This document shows positions 25,169 through 38,196 of a stretch of 64,000 bases of DNA, piece by piece. The stretch spans positions 49,352,001-49,416,000 of the forward strand of contig NC_134478.1 in assembly GCF_964194025.1 (NCBI RefSeq), written 5' to 3'. The DNA is from Convolutriloba macropyga. Lineage: Eukaryota. Each line of letters opens with the position of its first letter. Position 1 is the stretch's first letter. A model generated the notes under the pieces. It saw only the letters and a program-made list of their open reading frames with translations. It was not told where the DNA came from and did not search any database. A program made the position numbers and the translations under genes.

Positions 25169-26436
25169 AATGCACACACGAGCGCACTAAATTTCCCATA
25201 CATAACAAAAACGTATAAGTGCACACCTCATAATGTGAACCTTGACCTTTGCTGTTATTGTTTTCTCATACCATAGTTGATGGGACGGCACAAAAACGGC
25301 CAAAAGATTGAAAGAAAGCGGTACGTTCGATTTGATTGGTATTGTTGATTTCTAACGTAAGAAAGATTCGGTATCGTCGTTTTTGGACGCAAGAGAGATT
25401 CGGTATGTTTGGTTTTAGAAGATTTGGTTTGTTCCGTTTCTAAATATAGGAGATTGTCTGTCTGTTTGGTTTTTGACGTAAGAAATTGTTGGTATTTTTA
25501 TTTAAAAATTTCATTTTTCTGTTTATACTGTAGTCATACGTTATGAAAAGGCTTTTTTTCCAGGAAATTCAAAAGTATTTCTTGAAAAAATATTCTGAGA
25601 ACAGTTCTAGTTTACAAGCAATTTTTTCGACGTGTAGTTAAGTTTGAAACCCAACAAGCCAACCGTTTTTGTTTGGTCTGCTGGACTAAATTAATTTTAA
25701 AACCCCGAATATTAAAACGGCGCGTATTCCTTTCAATGATACCAAATATCTCTTACGTTTAAAAATCACGACTCAAAGTCTTTCTTAAGTTTTAAAAACA
25801 ACAATACCGAATCTTTCCTATGTTAAAAATCACGCTAAAGCAATGATACCGAAAAAAGGAACATCAGATTTTCTGTCGATTTTCGCTAGAAGACAACAAA
25901 ACCGGCGATATCTCATAAAAAATATGTTCAACTAGGGTGGTCCTGTAGAAACAGTTTGAAGTATTGTTTTTGACTGCTGTCTTATCCTTTTCCATGTTGC
26001 TTGTTTTCAAAAGAAAAAAATCAAAATGGAAAATTTGTTCAACTTTTATTGTTAAAGCTAAGGAAATATTGTCTATTGGTTTCAACGCTTGACTAAATCA
26101 TAAACAAATAAACTTAATTTGTTCTAAGACGAACTAAAGTTTCCTTCGCCTCCGTTCATCTGAAATTAAATACTAGTTTCAAAGGAAATTGCCACTACAG
26201 GTTTTGCCAAGTGTATGTAAGTCACGTCTGTCCACGTGCGGCTGGCTAATTTTTTGCAGTACAAATACCATATTTCAAAAAGAGATAACGTTAATGAAGG
26301 AAGATCAAACAATTTGAGGAAAACCAAATAGAGGCTGAGGTCTATATGTTCAATATTCTGAAAATAGGGACGCATCACCAAAACGAGAAATACAGAAGAA
26401 ATAAACACACACACACAAACACACACACAAATGCAC

Positions 26437-26467
<31 letters not shown>

Positions 26468-27504
26468 AATGCACACACGAGCGCACTAAATTTCCCATAC
26501 ATAACAAAAACGTATAAGTGCACACCTCATAATGTGAACCTTGACCTTTGCTGTTATTGTTTTCTCATACCATAGTTGATGGGACGGCACAAAAACGGCC
26601 AAAAGATTGAAAGAAAGCGGTACGTTCGATTTGATTGGTATTGTTGATTTCTAACGTAAGAAAGATTCGGTATCGTCGTTTTTGGACGCAAGAGAGATTC
26701 GGTATGTTTGGTTTTAGAAGATTTGGTTTGTTCCGTTTCTAAATATAGGAGATTGTCTGTCTGTTTGGTTTTTGACGTAAGAAATTGTTGGTATTTTTAT
26801 TTAAAAATTTCATTTTTCTGTTTATACTGTAGTCATACGTTATGAAAAGGCTTTTTTTCCAGGAAATTCAAAAGTATTTCTTGAAAAAATATTCTGAAAA
26901 CAGTTCTAGTTTACAAGCAATTTTTTCGACGTGTAGTTAAGTTTGAAACCCAACAAGCCAACCGTTTTTGTTTGGTCTGCTGGACTAAATTAATTTTAAA
27001 ACCCCGAATATTAAAACGGCGCGTATTCCTTTCAATGATACCAAATATCTCTTACGTTTAAAAATCACGACTCAAAGTCTTTCTTAAGTTTTAAAAACAA
27101 CAATACCGAATCTTTCCTATGTTAAAAATCACGCTAAAGCAATGATACCGAAAAAAGGAACATCAGATTTTCTGTCGATTTTCGCTAGAAGACAACAAAA
27201 CCGGCGATATCTCATAAAAAATATGTTCAACTAAGGTGGTCCTATAGAAACAGTTTGAAGTATTGTTTTTGACTGCTGTCTTATCCTTTTCCATGTTGCT
27301 TGTTTTCAAAAGAAAAAAATCAAAATGGAAAATTTGTTCAACTTTTATTGTTAAAGCTAAGGAAATATTGTCTATTGGTTTCAACGCTTGACTAAATCAT
27401 AAACAAATAAACTTAATTTGTTCTAAGACGAACTAAAGTTTCCTTCGCCTCCGTTCATCTGAAATTAAATACTAGTTTCAAAGGAAATTGCCACTACAGG
27501 TTTT
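23609..27504 (+). repeat. Tandem triplication of a ~1299-bp unit
   Basis: Unit starts CAAGTGTATGTAAGTCACG at 23609, 24909 and 26208; identical 73-aa ORF at 24565, 25864 and 27163; only a few substitutions between copies. Confidence 0.97.
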
Positions 27505-29348
27505 CAAAAATGTTTCTCCTACAACCATTCAACTCTCCTTTTTGTTGGTGTGTGTTCTTACAGACAAGAATACAATTAGCGGCACTATAGAAAGAAATAT
27601 AGTAATAATAATTAATTTTTTTAATCAAAAACAGAGTTCTAATTGCTGATAGATTAATTTATTCCAAACATGTTACTTCATTTTATGTTAGTAAGATTTT
27701 GGAATTGATCAATCCCATGGACAAATAAGTTTAAAGTTTCATCGCAAAAATTTCTTTGGAAATAAAATTTTGAAGTAAAATTCGGTATTTCATTTTAAAT
27801 ATTGTGCGAAGGGTTTTTATCTAATATATAATCTTGCCTGGAAAAATTATGCAGACTCGATTCAACGTATCATTCACAATTTTTCGTAGAACAGATTTTA
27901 AAAAACAGTTTGATTTATTCAACTTTTTAAATATTAGTTTTTTATTGATATTAAAAAAAATGTCAAAAATCGTCTATTGAATTTTGGTTCTATTATTTTT
28001 CTGCATTTCCAACTCGAGTTGCATATACTTTCGCAGTAACTGATTTTTTGAAACCATTTTGAGAACAAAGTTCCTTCTCCATGGGCAATTTTACTGATCA
28101 TTTGTTTGTTTTTGATTGCTGCCGTTTATCCCGTACCTAACTCCAAGTGCGTTTCAATACTGGACCAGTATATATGCAATTCCTCATCATTGCTGAATCG
28201 TAGAACGTTTCATGTCATTTCTGACTTGTCAGACTTGCGTTCAGTCTGATTTTACAATGGTCGGACTTGTGCCAAGTGCGAAAGCAAAGTTCTGCACGGT
28301 GATCGAACCCACGCTCTCCTGCGCTACCGTCTTTGCTGTACTTTTGTCTTTTACGCCTTTAAAATTCGCTTGGAAAAAGCAAATTTCAAGGGAGAAAACG
28401 AGCATAATATATTACATGGGAGACTTGCATTTACAATTGCCCAGTACTGATTTACAGTTGGAGTTCGGCAAGGGATTATGCTTCTGAACAAAAAATAAAT
28501 TATCGTGTTGAGGTTGAGCGTTCAGAAAACTTGTTGTGTTTTTAATCTAAGCCTCATTAATTATTCTGATTGAACTTTAGAGTGCCTTAATCCTTATAAA
28601 TTTTAAACAGCACTTGTTTTCAAAAGCTTATTTTCCCTCGATTGAAACATTAAAAACATTAAAAAGCTGTTTTCATTTTAAGAAACTGCGTAATTATATG
28701 GCAACTTTTCTGCCTTTCTGTTTTTAGATACTTTTCATTTACAGCAATATCTTTTACAGCCCGAGATATAGCTGTATATGAAAATTAATTCAAACCAACT
28801 GTTAAAAATGTTCATCAAGCTTAATTTAAAAAATAATGAAGGTTCGTAATTGTTTTTATGTTCAAACAATTAATGCTTCAATGCAATTCTTGTTCCAACA
28901 TTTTCCTTATTTCGATAATTTCTCCCAAATGAAAGAAGACAATGTATAAGAAAACCAAAAAAGAACAAGAATTAGAAATTGTAAGTTGTTTTTTGCTCTT
29001 ACGTGACAAAAACGATTTCGAGTTCAAGATTGGTTTGATTGGCTAAAAGATGAAACATACCACAGTTAAAAAAAAAAGAAAAATGACGTCAATATAGCAT
29101 CGTTATCAATTTAAATCCTGTTTAGTCGATGCGAGAGGCAACAAGAAATATTCTTTGTAGTCGTGAAACTCACTTAAAAAGCTGATGTATTAAGCTTCCA
29201 ATTGATACTTAACATGATGGTGCTTTCATTAATTTAATCACAAATGTGCATAACAGTATTACCAAGTGCGCTAATACGTGTTGTCAAAACAAGCCAAACT
29301 CGAGCAGTACTCAATTCCTCAAAACCTCTCCAATCGAATAACAAAAGG

Positions 29349-29505
29349 GGATCTATTCTGTGCCCCCTCTCCCCCAGTGCTTTTAGGCAACCCTGTATTA
29401 CAAATTATGTGTGTTAGCACATAATTATTTGAAACCTGGCACGAGCGACTCGGGCTGTAAAAGATATATACCCACTAAGCTGGGGGTGGCGGACAGCATA
29501 GATCC
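29349..29505. mobile_element. GG-ended MITE (GGATCTATTCTGT...ACAGCATAGATCC)
   Basis: TIRs with C/G tracts and the family motif CACTAAGCTGGGGG; same family at 45827, 46105 and 54153. Confidence 0.8.
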
Positions 29506-31302
29506 CAAAAATGTGTAATGTTTTCCAAAATAATGTTTGCATGTTAAGACAATCTGCTCGAGCTATGCTAGTTATAACAGGCGCAAAATGGTTTAACAAA
29601 CTTATAACGAACCCACTAAGAGTTCCTTTCCCATTCTGATATGTTCCAGTTCGTTTTTGCAATCGTGACGCAGCATTTGACACATCGGTTGAATTATTAT
29701 GTCCCTCAGAATGCAAAAATATTGTAATTAAGTTGCAATTGATCCGTATATTTTCAAAATTATTCAATGGAAAGTGCTCGTTTTTGAAATCCTTGCTGAC
29801 TATATACACAACTCACCAATAATATTTAGTAATATTAGCAAGAATCGAATCAGAATTTATCGAATTTAGAACAATTCAAAAAGTGTCGGAGGAGTGACAA
29901 CTTTTAAACAATAAAAAAGGAACACTGAATTCAATCCATTATTGCTGTGCAAAAACAAATGAGTAGAATGCGCAAAACAAAATGCTAGTGCAAAAGTATT
30001 AATAATAATAATAGCAATGTCAATACTGAAAAAATTTTACTCGTTCATATTGGAACAAAAAAAAAGTTAGTTTTAAACCTTACATGTTTCCAAGATAAAC
30101 AATCTGACGACTGTATACAAGGGTCTCCTCTTTCAAATTCCTCAATAATATGATTGAAGATTCGTTTTTTGAATTTTTTTATTTTCAATTTTTCTTAAGT
30201 GACAAGGTAAAGAATTCCAGACCTGTAAAGCTTTTCTAACGAATGAATATTCCAGTTTAATCTGGTATATGCTTTCAATCTAAACTATAGAGTTGTAAAA
30301 GATTTTTTAGAAAATAAACTGGTGAAATGACTACACAAAAAACTAAAAATTCAATGGTTTTGACAAAAACTCTTAAAATACATGCCAGAGAGACCTCATG
30401 TACGCTTCATAGCGGTAATCCGAACTAACATTTTAATCTTTGTCACGAAAACGTTTGGCAAAAATGTTTTCCATCTTAAAAAAATGCTTTTTAATCTCAA
30501 AGCAATAAACACCTTAAATGATGCTTCATTAGAGGGCCGATGATACCTGCCATAGAAAAGACTCACAGACAAGACAAACAACAAAATCAAATATAAACAA
30601 CAACAATAATTACGGCCAACACTTGATATCTATCTATTTTTTTAAAAAGCATCAAACTAAAAATCAAAAAATGAATTGCATTTCACCAGAAAGAATTATG
30701 GACCTGTCTTTATTGAGACGAATCAATATGTAGACAAAGAAAGGCAAAATTTAAAACAAAAGAAACAATTTAAAAAAAGTCATGACAATTGTCAGCTATC
30801 AATAGAAATATTTAAATCGCTCTATTTATAGCTGCAAAAACAATCAATGAAATCGGTCATTACCCCGAGATTCATACAACTACAAAACAAATGCAGGCAA
30901 AAATTGAAAAATTACTTAGTTTTTGTGAGAAAACGGTGTCGAAGCCTTTGAAATCATAAACTTTTTTACCTAAATCATTGAAACTAGAGCATTTTCACCT
31001 TCTTTCAACGCCATTATATTGATATAGAATTTGCAATTAATATGTTAATTGGACAAGATAGCAGAAAAGAACCTAAAATTTTGTATTATGACCAAAAATT
31101 TTAATAAAACAAATAAAAATTCGTTGTATAAAAGTCAAAATTTATTATTCAAATGGTGAAAAATCACAGAAGACCACATCCTAAATCCCTTGAGAGTCAA
31201 GCTGACCTCACTTTTTGCTCAAAATAAGCTATGTGTTGGCAGAAATAACAATAAAAGATGCAAATCTAAAAAAAACTATGTTTTTTATAAACTGATTATT
31301 TA

Positions 31303-33950
31303 AAACCAAAAATCGTAACATCCGTCAATTTTCAACGTAGAAATTGTCAAAATACGATAATTTTTACTGCCTGGGAAGCAAACTAGACTTGTCATTAGAC
31401 TAAAACAAAAGACAAATTAACAACAGATAATGGCAGAACTCTCAATTTGGCGAGCAGTTTTACGCAAACTGTGTTTGAGCCAACACTGCCCTAAGCTTTT
31501 CGCTAAAAGTCTACGATATGTTTATTAGTCGTTATTTACCTGTAATTTTGTTTTGACAATTTTTGAGCTCAGATTTGAAATCATTCTGTTCTCTAATTAA
31601 CACAAAGAAAGTTTTTGAAAAAAAGCAAAAACATTTTTAAAAAGAGGTAAGGGCCCCATTACAATCCGAAAATTTTTTGAATGGTACAAAAGGCAATTAG
31701 AACAAAACCAATTTGGTACTGCTGCTTTCCTACTAAAAGAAGTATTTATTCCAATTGTCCCTAAACAACAAATATGACAAAAAAGTTATTATAACAAAAA
31801 TAAATTATGATTTTTTGATGATTTTAGGGCAATAATATTTTCATTAATGATAGCAAAAAAAACCAGTAGTTATCAACCAAAAGTGTTAGATTTTGTTCCT
31901 CCCCAACTAAAATAGGTCGAAATAATTAACTATGCTTTTTTACGAAAAAATTTTTGTAGAAAATATATTTTAAAACTCATTCCTTTTTCTTGTAGCGCAC
32001 AATATTTAGAAAAGCTTTTGAAACAGAAAAAACGAAAACTCAGAATCCAATTGGAGATAAGATTTTCATATTGATTTTAATTAGTAAAAGAGCTTGTCAA
32101 AAGTGGACAAAAATGAATTCGAAAGGGTGTTTTGTTTCATGAATTTCAATTTTATTTTAAAACTACTGCAATAAAAAATTATTTGTTTCTAGCTCTTATA
32201 TTTTTTGTTTTCCTTTTCAGAGCAGCTAAGCCAATCAATAACTACTCTATATAACTGTGAAAATAAAAAGAAACATCAGAAATTGCAAATACTAACAACT
32301 ATGGCGTAAATGTTTTTTTAAACGTGCAATAGCATATCTGCCAACTGCTAATTATGCCCTAACACAATTGCATGAAAAAAATTAAGGTGAATAACTTTAG
32401 ATCAGTTAAAATTTTCTCTGTCGATGTTCTCTATGTGTTATTGAGTGATACTTAAATAGTTTTATCCGATTTGAGCTACAAAGAAAGCAAAATGTTGGTG
32501 TACCTATCACTGATTTTGTTGTCGAAGTGATCTCTCCAAGTTCAATTTGGTATTGAGTTTCATCACCTCAAACTGTACAGGCGAGATAAGAGAAACCACT
32601 TCGAGCATGTAAACCTCAGTATCCAAAAAACCAAAAATCGTAACATCCGTCAATTTTCAACGTAGAAATTGTCAAAATACGATATTTTTTACTGCCTGGG
32701 AAGCCAACTAGACTTGTCATTAGACTAAAACAAAAGACAAATTGACAACAGATAATGGCAGAACTCTCAATTTGGCAAGCAATTTTACGCAAACTGTGTT
32801 TGAGCCGACACTGCCCTAAGCTTTTCGCTAAAAGTCTACGATATGTTTATTAGTCGTTATTTACCTGTAATTTTGTTTTGACAATTTTTGAGCTCAGATT
32901 TGAAATCATTCTGTTCTCTAATTAACACAAAGAAAGTTTTTGAAAAAAAGCAAAAACATTTTTAAAAAGAGGTAAGGGCCCCATTACAATCCGAAAATTT
33001 TTTGAATGGTACAAAAGGCAATTAGAACAAAACCAATTTGGTACTGCTGCTTTCCTACTAAAAGAAGTATTTATTCCAATTGTCCCTAAACAACAAATAT
33101 GACAAAAAAGTTATTATAACAAAAATAAATTATGATTTTTTGATGATTTTAGGGCAATAATATTTTCATTAATGATAGCAAAAAAAACCAGTAGTTATCA
33201 ACCAAAAGTGTTAGATTTTGTTCCTCCCCAACTAAAATGGGTCGAAATAATTAACTATGCTTTTTTACGAAAAAATTTTTGTAGAAAATATATTTTAAAA
33301 CTCATTCCTTTTTCTTGTAGCGCACAATATTTAGAAAAGCTTTTGAAACAGAAAAAACGAAAACTCAGAATCCAATTGGAGATAAGATTTTCATATTGAT
33401 TTTAATTAGTAAAAGAGCTTGTCAAAAGTGGACAAAAATGAATTCGAAAGGGTGTTTTGTTTCATGAATTTCAATTTTATTTTAAAACTACTGCAATAAA
33501 AAATTATTTGTTTCTAGCTCTTATATTTTTTGTTTTCCTTTTCAGAGCAGCTAAGCCAATCAATAACTACTCTATATAACTGTGAAAATAAAAAGAAACA
33601 TCAGAAATTGCAAATACTAACAACTATGGCGTAAATGTTTTTTTAAACGTGCAATAGCATATCTGCCAACTGCTAATTATGCCCTAACACAATTGCATGA
33701 AAAAAATTAAGGTGAATAACTTTAGATCAGTTAAAATTTTCTCTGTCGATGTTCTCTATGTGTTATTGAGTGATACTTAAATAGTTTTATCCGATTTGAG
33801 CTACAAAGAAAGCAAAATGTTGGTGTACCTATCACTGATTTTGTTGTCGAAGTGATCTCTCCAAGTTCAATTTGGTATTGAGTTTCATCACCTCAAACTG
33901 TACAGGCGAGATAAGAGAAACAACTTCGAGCATGTAAACCTCAGTATCTC
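31303..33950 (+). repeat. Tandem duplication of a 1325-bp unit
   Basis: CCAAAAATCGTAACATCCGTC at 31306 and 32631; copies near-identical through AACCTCAGTATC (32622 / 33948). Confidence 0.97.
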
Positions 33951-36849
33951 TCCAAAAAATCGAGAGTAAACAAAAAAAATAGAGAAAAACCCTCGTCGGC
34001 AACTAATTCAATTTTGTCATGGGCTTTGCGATTACTTTGCGATTGTCACTTTTGCATGTCTCCGAAAAAGATATCAATCAATCAAATTTGACTCAACAAT
34101 TAAATTGAGCTGGTATAATTTTGAAAGGTTGGATCAAAAACTTCTCCTCTATATGCAAAAAAATAGAACCTTTCTATATTATTTGAAACTAATCACAGAA
34201 CTCGGTATCGGATCTGCGAAAAATTACTAAATACTAACGTAACATAAAACTTCAAAACATCCCTCCAATGTTTTTCATTTCTTAAAGTGAAAAAGTACAA
34301 ACAAGCAGACCGAAATACCGGTCACTTTCTTTGATATCTCTTATACAATGAATAAGCCAGGTGTCAGAAAACAAACTGATTGAATGATTTGAATTATAAC
34401 AAACAAAGAAGCTCGGTAATATGAGTGCGCACATAATATTCCGACCCCGCATACCCGCTTAGTTTACTTAATAGTCTACTAATTGAGGAATGGATAGAAA
34501 ACTTTCAAAAATTAACATATTGTTTGGAAAAAATGGTGTTTTCATTAAAAGAATTTCATTAGGCTCAACCCATTAGAGGGCTGGTGATATGGAGACTAAG
34601 AGACAGGAAAAAAACAACATCAAACAAAAAGAAAACGCTTTAATTACGGCTAAAGATCAAATTTCATCTATTTTTTTTAAATTAGTGAAGAAACAAAAGC
34701 ATCAAATAAAATTTCAACTACACCAATTAGTTTGCATTTCGCTAAAAAATACTTTAATTATAACCAGTGCTCAATGTCTTTATATTTTTTTATTTATTGG
34801 ATGAAATAAAAGCGTCAGATAAAAATGGAACCAATTGACTTGCCTTTTGTCCGAAAAGATATGTGATCTGTCTTTACTAGGATTAATGAACAAGTAGGCA
34901 AGAACAAAAAAGACATGTCATGATACATAAAGTAAAACGACTACATAAAGGACGCATACAGGAAAAAGCAAAAACTTTGGTGAGGAGACTTTGTCAAAGC
35001 CTATAAAATCAAAACTTATACACACCAAATTTTTTTTAAAAAGCAATTCTGCTTTATTCGAACGCCATTAATTTGCTTTTGGCTGGTCAATAATGTGACA
35101 GACGATTGAAATAGGACAGAAGAACCTCAGAAACCGGATATTGTGCAAAAAAAATTTTATGAAATTTGTATTATCAACGCCAAAACATCATTATTCAAAT
35201 GATAAAAAAGCAAAGAACATCATCTTTTAATTCACTGTATGAGTATTTCAAACTAATTTTTGTCAGACTACAATAAAAGCGGCGAACTTGACAACAAAAT
35301 TGGAAAACCTAATTGGAAAACCTAAAAAATTTAAAGTGAACTATTTAAAATTATAACTTAAATTAACCATAATTTTTCAATTTAAAGACAATAATTAGGA
35401 TAACTTTTCACGGATGAAGAGACCAATTAGACATGTATTTAGATTAGTGGGTCTTTGTTAAAATACAACAAACGTATAGAGTCCGAACTCAAAATTTCGC
35501 AAACATTTTTACGTAAACTGTGTTTAAGTCAAAAAACGACAAAATTTTCTCTGAATTTATCATGTATGTTTATCGGTTTTTACTTGAAAATAAATTATAA
35601 ATCTCGTTTAATGATTTTGATTTGGAGTCTTTCTGGACTGTAATTAACAGTTAAAAAAACAAATGAGAACCCAAATTTTTTTTAAGTATAACCGAACAAA
35701 AATTCTTTTGTTAAAACTGCTCCTCCATTGAAACAAAAAATGTTCGAAATGTTACAGAATTAGGTAAATTTACAAAAAATTTATTACATCAGAAACAAAA
35801 TATTAATTTTGGCTTGTTTCGAATTGTATTTGCAAAAAAAAACCATTATGGGCAAACTGAAAGCATTAGATGGTTCATCTAATAGCTAATTTTAATACCA
35901 AGTTAGACAATCAGTTAATTCGGTTTCGAATTAGACCTCTTTTTAATTGAAAATTAATTAAGCTCGTTAAAATATTTTCCTATTATCGGGATGATTAAAA
36001 ATCCATAAAATAATTTTTATGAACGACACACATCCGATTCTTTTCATTGTAATAATTAAAAATCGGATTAAAAATGAAACTGCAATCGCTTCACGGCTGT
36101 CTAGATCTGTAGAGTTTGATATTTCCTAACTGTTGCTTGGTAAAAGCTTTATGGTGAACGGAAATCTCATTATATTAAAAACAAATTATGCATTTTTATA
36201 TGTAACGTATTAAATTAGCGAATGAGCTAAGATCAGGAACAACTTCTTCCGAACCGGAGGTTAAAAAAACCTTACTGTAAAAAAGATAAAAACTTCATCT
36301 ATGTAAACGAAAAATGTGTCAGCAGTTTTCATTTCAGCACAACCGTCAATGCTGTAGAAAGTGGGCCAAGTAAGCTTATTTGATTCCATTTTTATGGAAA
36401 AATAGATTATTCAAAAATTTAGACAGCATTTTAAACAAAACAGTTGATTCAAACAATTCTGCAAATCTCTTTCACTTTTAATGTTGAAACCAATAAGACT
36501 AATATTAACAATTTTCTCAAATTTATAGCAAAAGTTGATAGCATATATAGCAAGAATTACTGAAAATGTGCACAAAACAATGAAAATTTTGCTAAAATTC
36601 ACAAATTTTAAGCCTCCGCAGCTCCTAAAAACCCGCTGAATTCAACCAAAAACTCTTTTTCTATCAAAATTTAACGCTTGACAAGCTTTTTCATGATACC
36701 AATCACATCTATGTCCAAAAAATTTATCGAAAATTGACTGATTAAAAAACCCAGTTTAGCTAAAGTAGGTCGCAACGAAAATCACTGCTGATCATTTTTT
36801 ACTTGCATCGCTTTATCCTCCAGAAATTATATAATGTGTTTAGCTATCA

Positions 36850-37890
36850 CTCAGAGAACAACAGTACTGATTCAGAGCGTTTTCAGAGAAATTTTGAAAT
36901 TCAGTGCTCTTTCAGAACGATTTCAAAATTGTTTATGTTCTGATTCTGAATCCTCTCTGAATCACAGGAAACAGCAAAATGCGTTTCTGAATTGCCTCTG
37001 AATCAGAATGAAATTCAGAATTTTTTTAAAACATAATGAGAGACACAGAAAAATTTTCATCAACTTTTCAACCGTTTTTATTAGCTTTGGGAACAAAATG
37101 CCAAAAAATTTTAGCCGGAAAGAAAGGAATAGGATCTTTGCTGATATTTTTTGCTATTGTGAAACAAAATGATATTGGATCTTTGCAGAGTTCCCGGCTT
37201 TTTTTGGATTAGGGCCGACTGTAGAGGTTATATGAACTGTGAATCTGCATAAAAAAATTTTGGTAGTATACGTTTATTTGAAAAAAAAGTTGTCGTTATT
37301 TAACTAAGTTGCAAAATTTTTCATGATCTGGTCCATAATAGGTCGTACTGGTTTATTAACATATAGCTTTTGCTGTAATTTTTTGGTTTGATAACAATCT
37401 CTGAATCTACAAAAGATATTGTCAGAATGTTTTTCTTTGAAATTTTTTGAAGAAGTGTACAGGCGCGGTTTTTTTGCCGTGCTTCATCAGTACTCCTCTG
37501 GTTTATTTCCCTATCTCCGCACCTTCCGGTCCTAAGACCGAAATGAAAAAAAGAAGTTAAAGCCACACAGAACATACTGAAAAATCTTAAAGAGTCAAAA
37601 TTTTAGCTTGAGTTGACAACATTTCTGACAACTTATTTTTAAAAAATTTTAATAAATTTCTTTTATTTCGAAAGGTATTATATGAATTTTATTTTTAAGG
37701 ACCTAAGAGGAAAAACAATGGTAAAACATAGCCTGGCTTACAGACATAGATATGATTTTAACCTCATGAAGAGATAAATCATAGACTGAATCAGAGAAAG
37801 TCAGTGTCTCAATCAGAGTCTGAATCAGTGCTGATAACTTCTATTTTTACTCTGATTCAGTACTGAATTTGCTTTTGAGCAATGTACGGG
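36850..37890. mobile_element. Probable non-autonomous DNA transposon with TCAGAG/CTCTGA subterminal repeats
   Basis: CAGTACTGATTCAGAG near 36862 mirrored by CTCTGATTCAGTACTG near 37850; TCAGA repeat clusters at both ends; right end ...TACGGG. Confidence 0.5.
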
Positions 37891-37980
37891 TTCCTTAGAT
37901 TCATTTTTCTATTGGTGAGCTGTCAACTCAACATCGGCAACATACTTTTGTAGTAGTTTCTCCTGTTAAGTAATACAGTT

Positions 37981-37986
37981 TTTATT
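37981..37986 (-). promoter_or_regulatory. Polyadenylation signal AATAAA of the minus-strand prohormone gene
   Basis: TTTATT on the plus strand, about 50 nt downstream of the TGA at 38037-38035. Confidence 0.5.
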
Positions 37987-38034
37987 GCTGTTGTTGGTAT
38001 CGTTATTTTCTTTGGTGTCTTTTTTGGGCTGTTG

Positions 38035-38196
38035 TCATGGCTGGACGAAGAATACCCCGAAAGAGGGGTTAGTGAAGTGACACTTTGCCTCCGAGAACTG
38101 ATTCGCTGCCCAGCACACACTGCTCACAGATGAACACTTACACGCAAAACTGTTCGAGTTTGGACGTTTGCAAGGGGCTCCAAAGCGACATGGAAT
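38035..38196 (-). CDS. Last coding exon of a putative CART-like six-cysteine neuropeptide precursor
   Basis: Acceptor TTTAATAAATTTGTTTTAG|ATT, phase 0. Translates IPCRFGAPCKRPNSNSFACKCSSVSSVCWAANQFSEAKCHFTNPSFGVFFVQP* (53 aa, 6 Cys); the other two frames stop earlier; GC-rich island in AT-rich surroundings. Confidence 0.75.
   Translation of the reverse strand: MPCRFGAPCKRPNSNSFACKCSSVSSVCWAANQFSEAKCHFTNPSFGVFFVQP

Noticed and set aside
21827-26525. HT- and VC-rich ORFs
   Set aside because: Translations of (CA)n microsatellites.
37923-38120. 65-aa ORF MCAGQRISSRRQ...
   Set aside because: Alternative frame overlapping the six-Cys exon and its 3'UTR; GTG start, no features.
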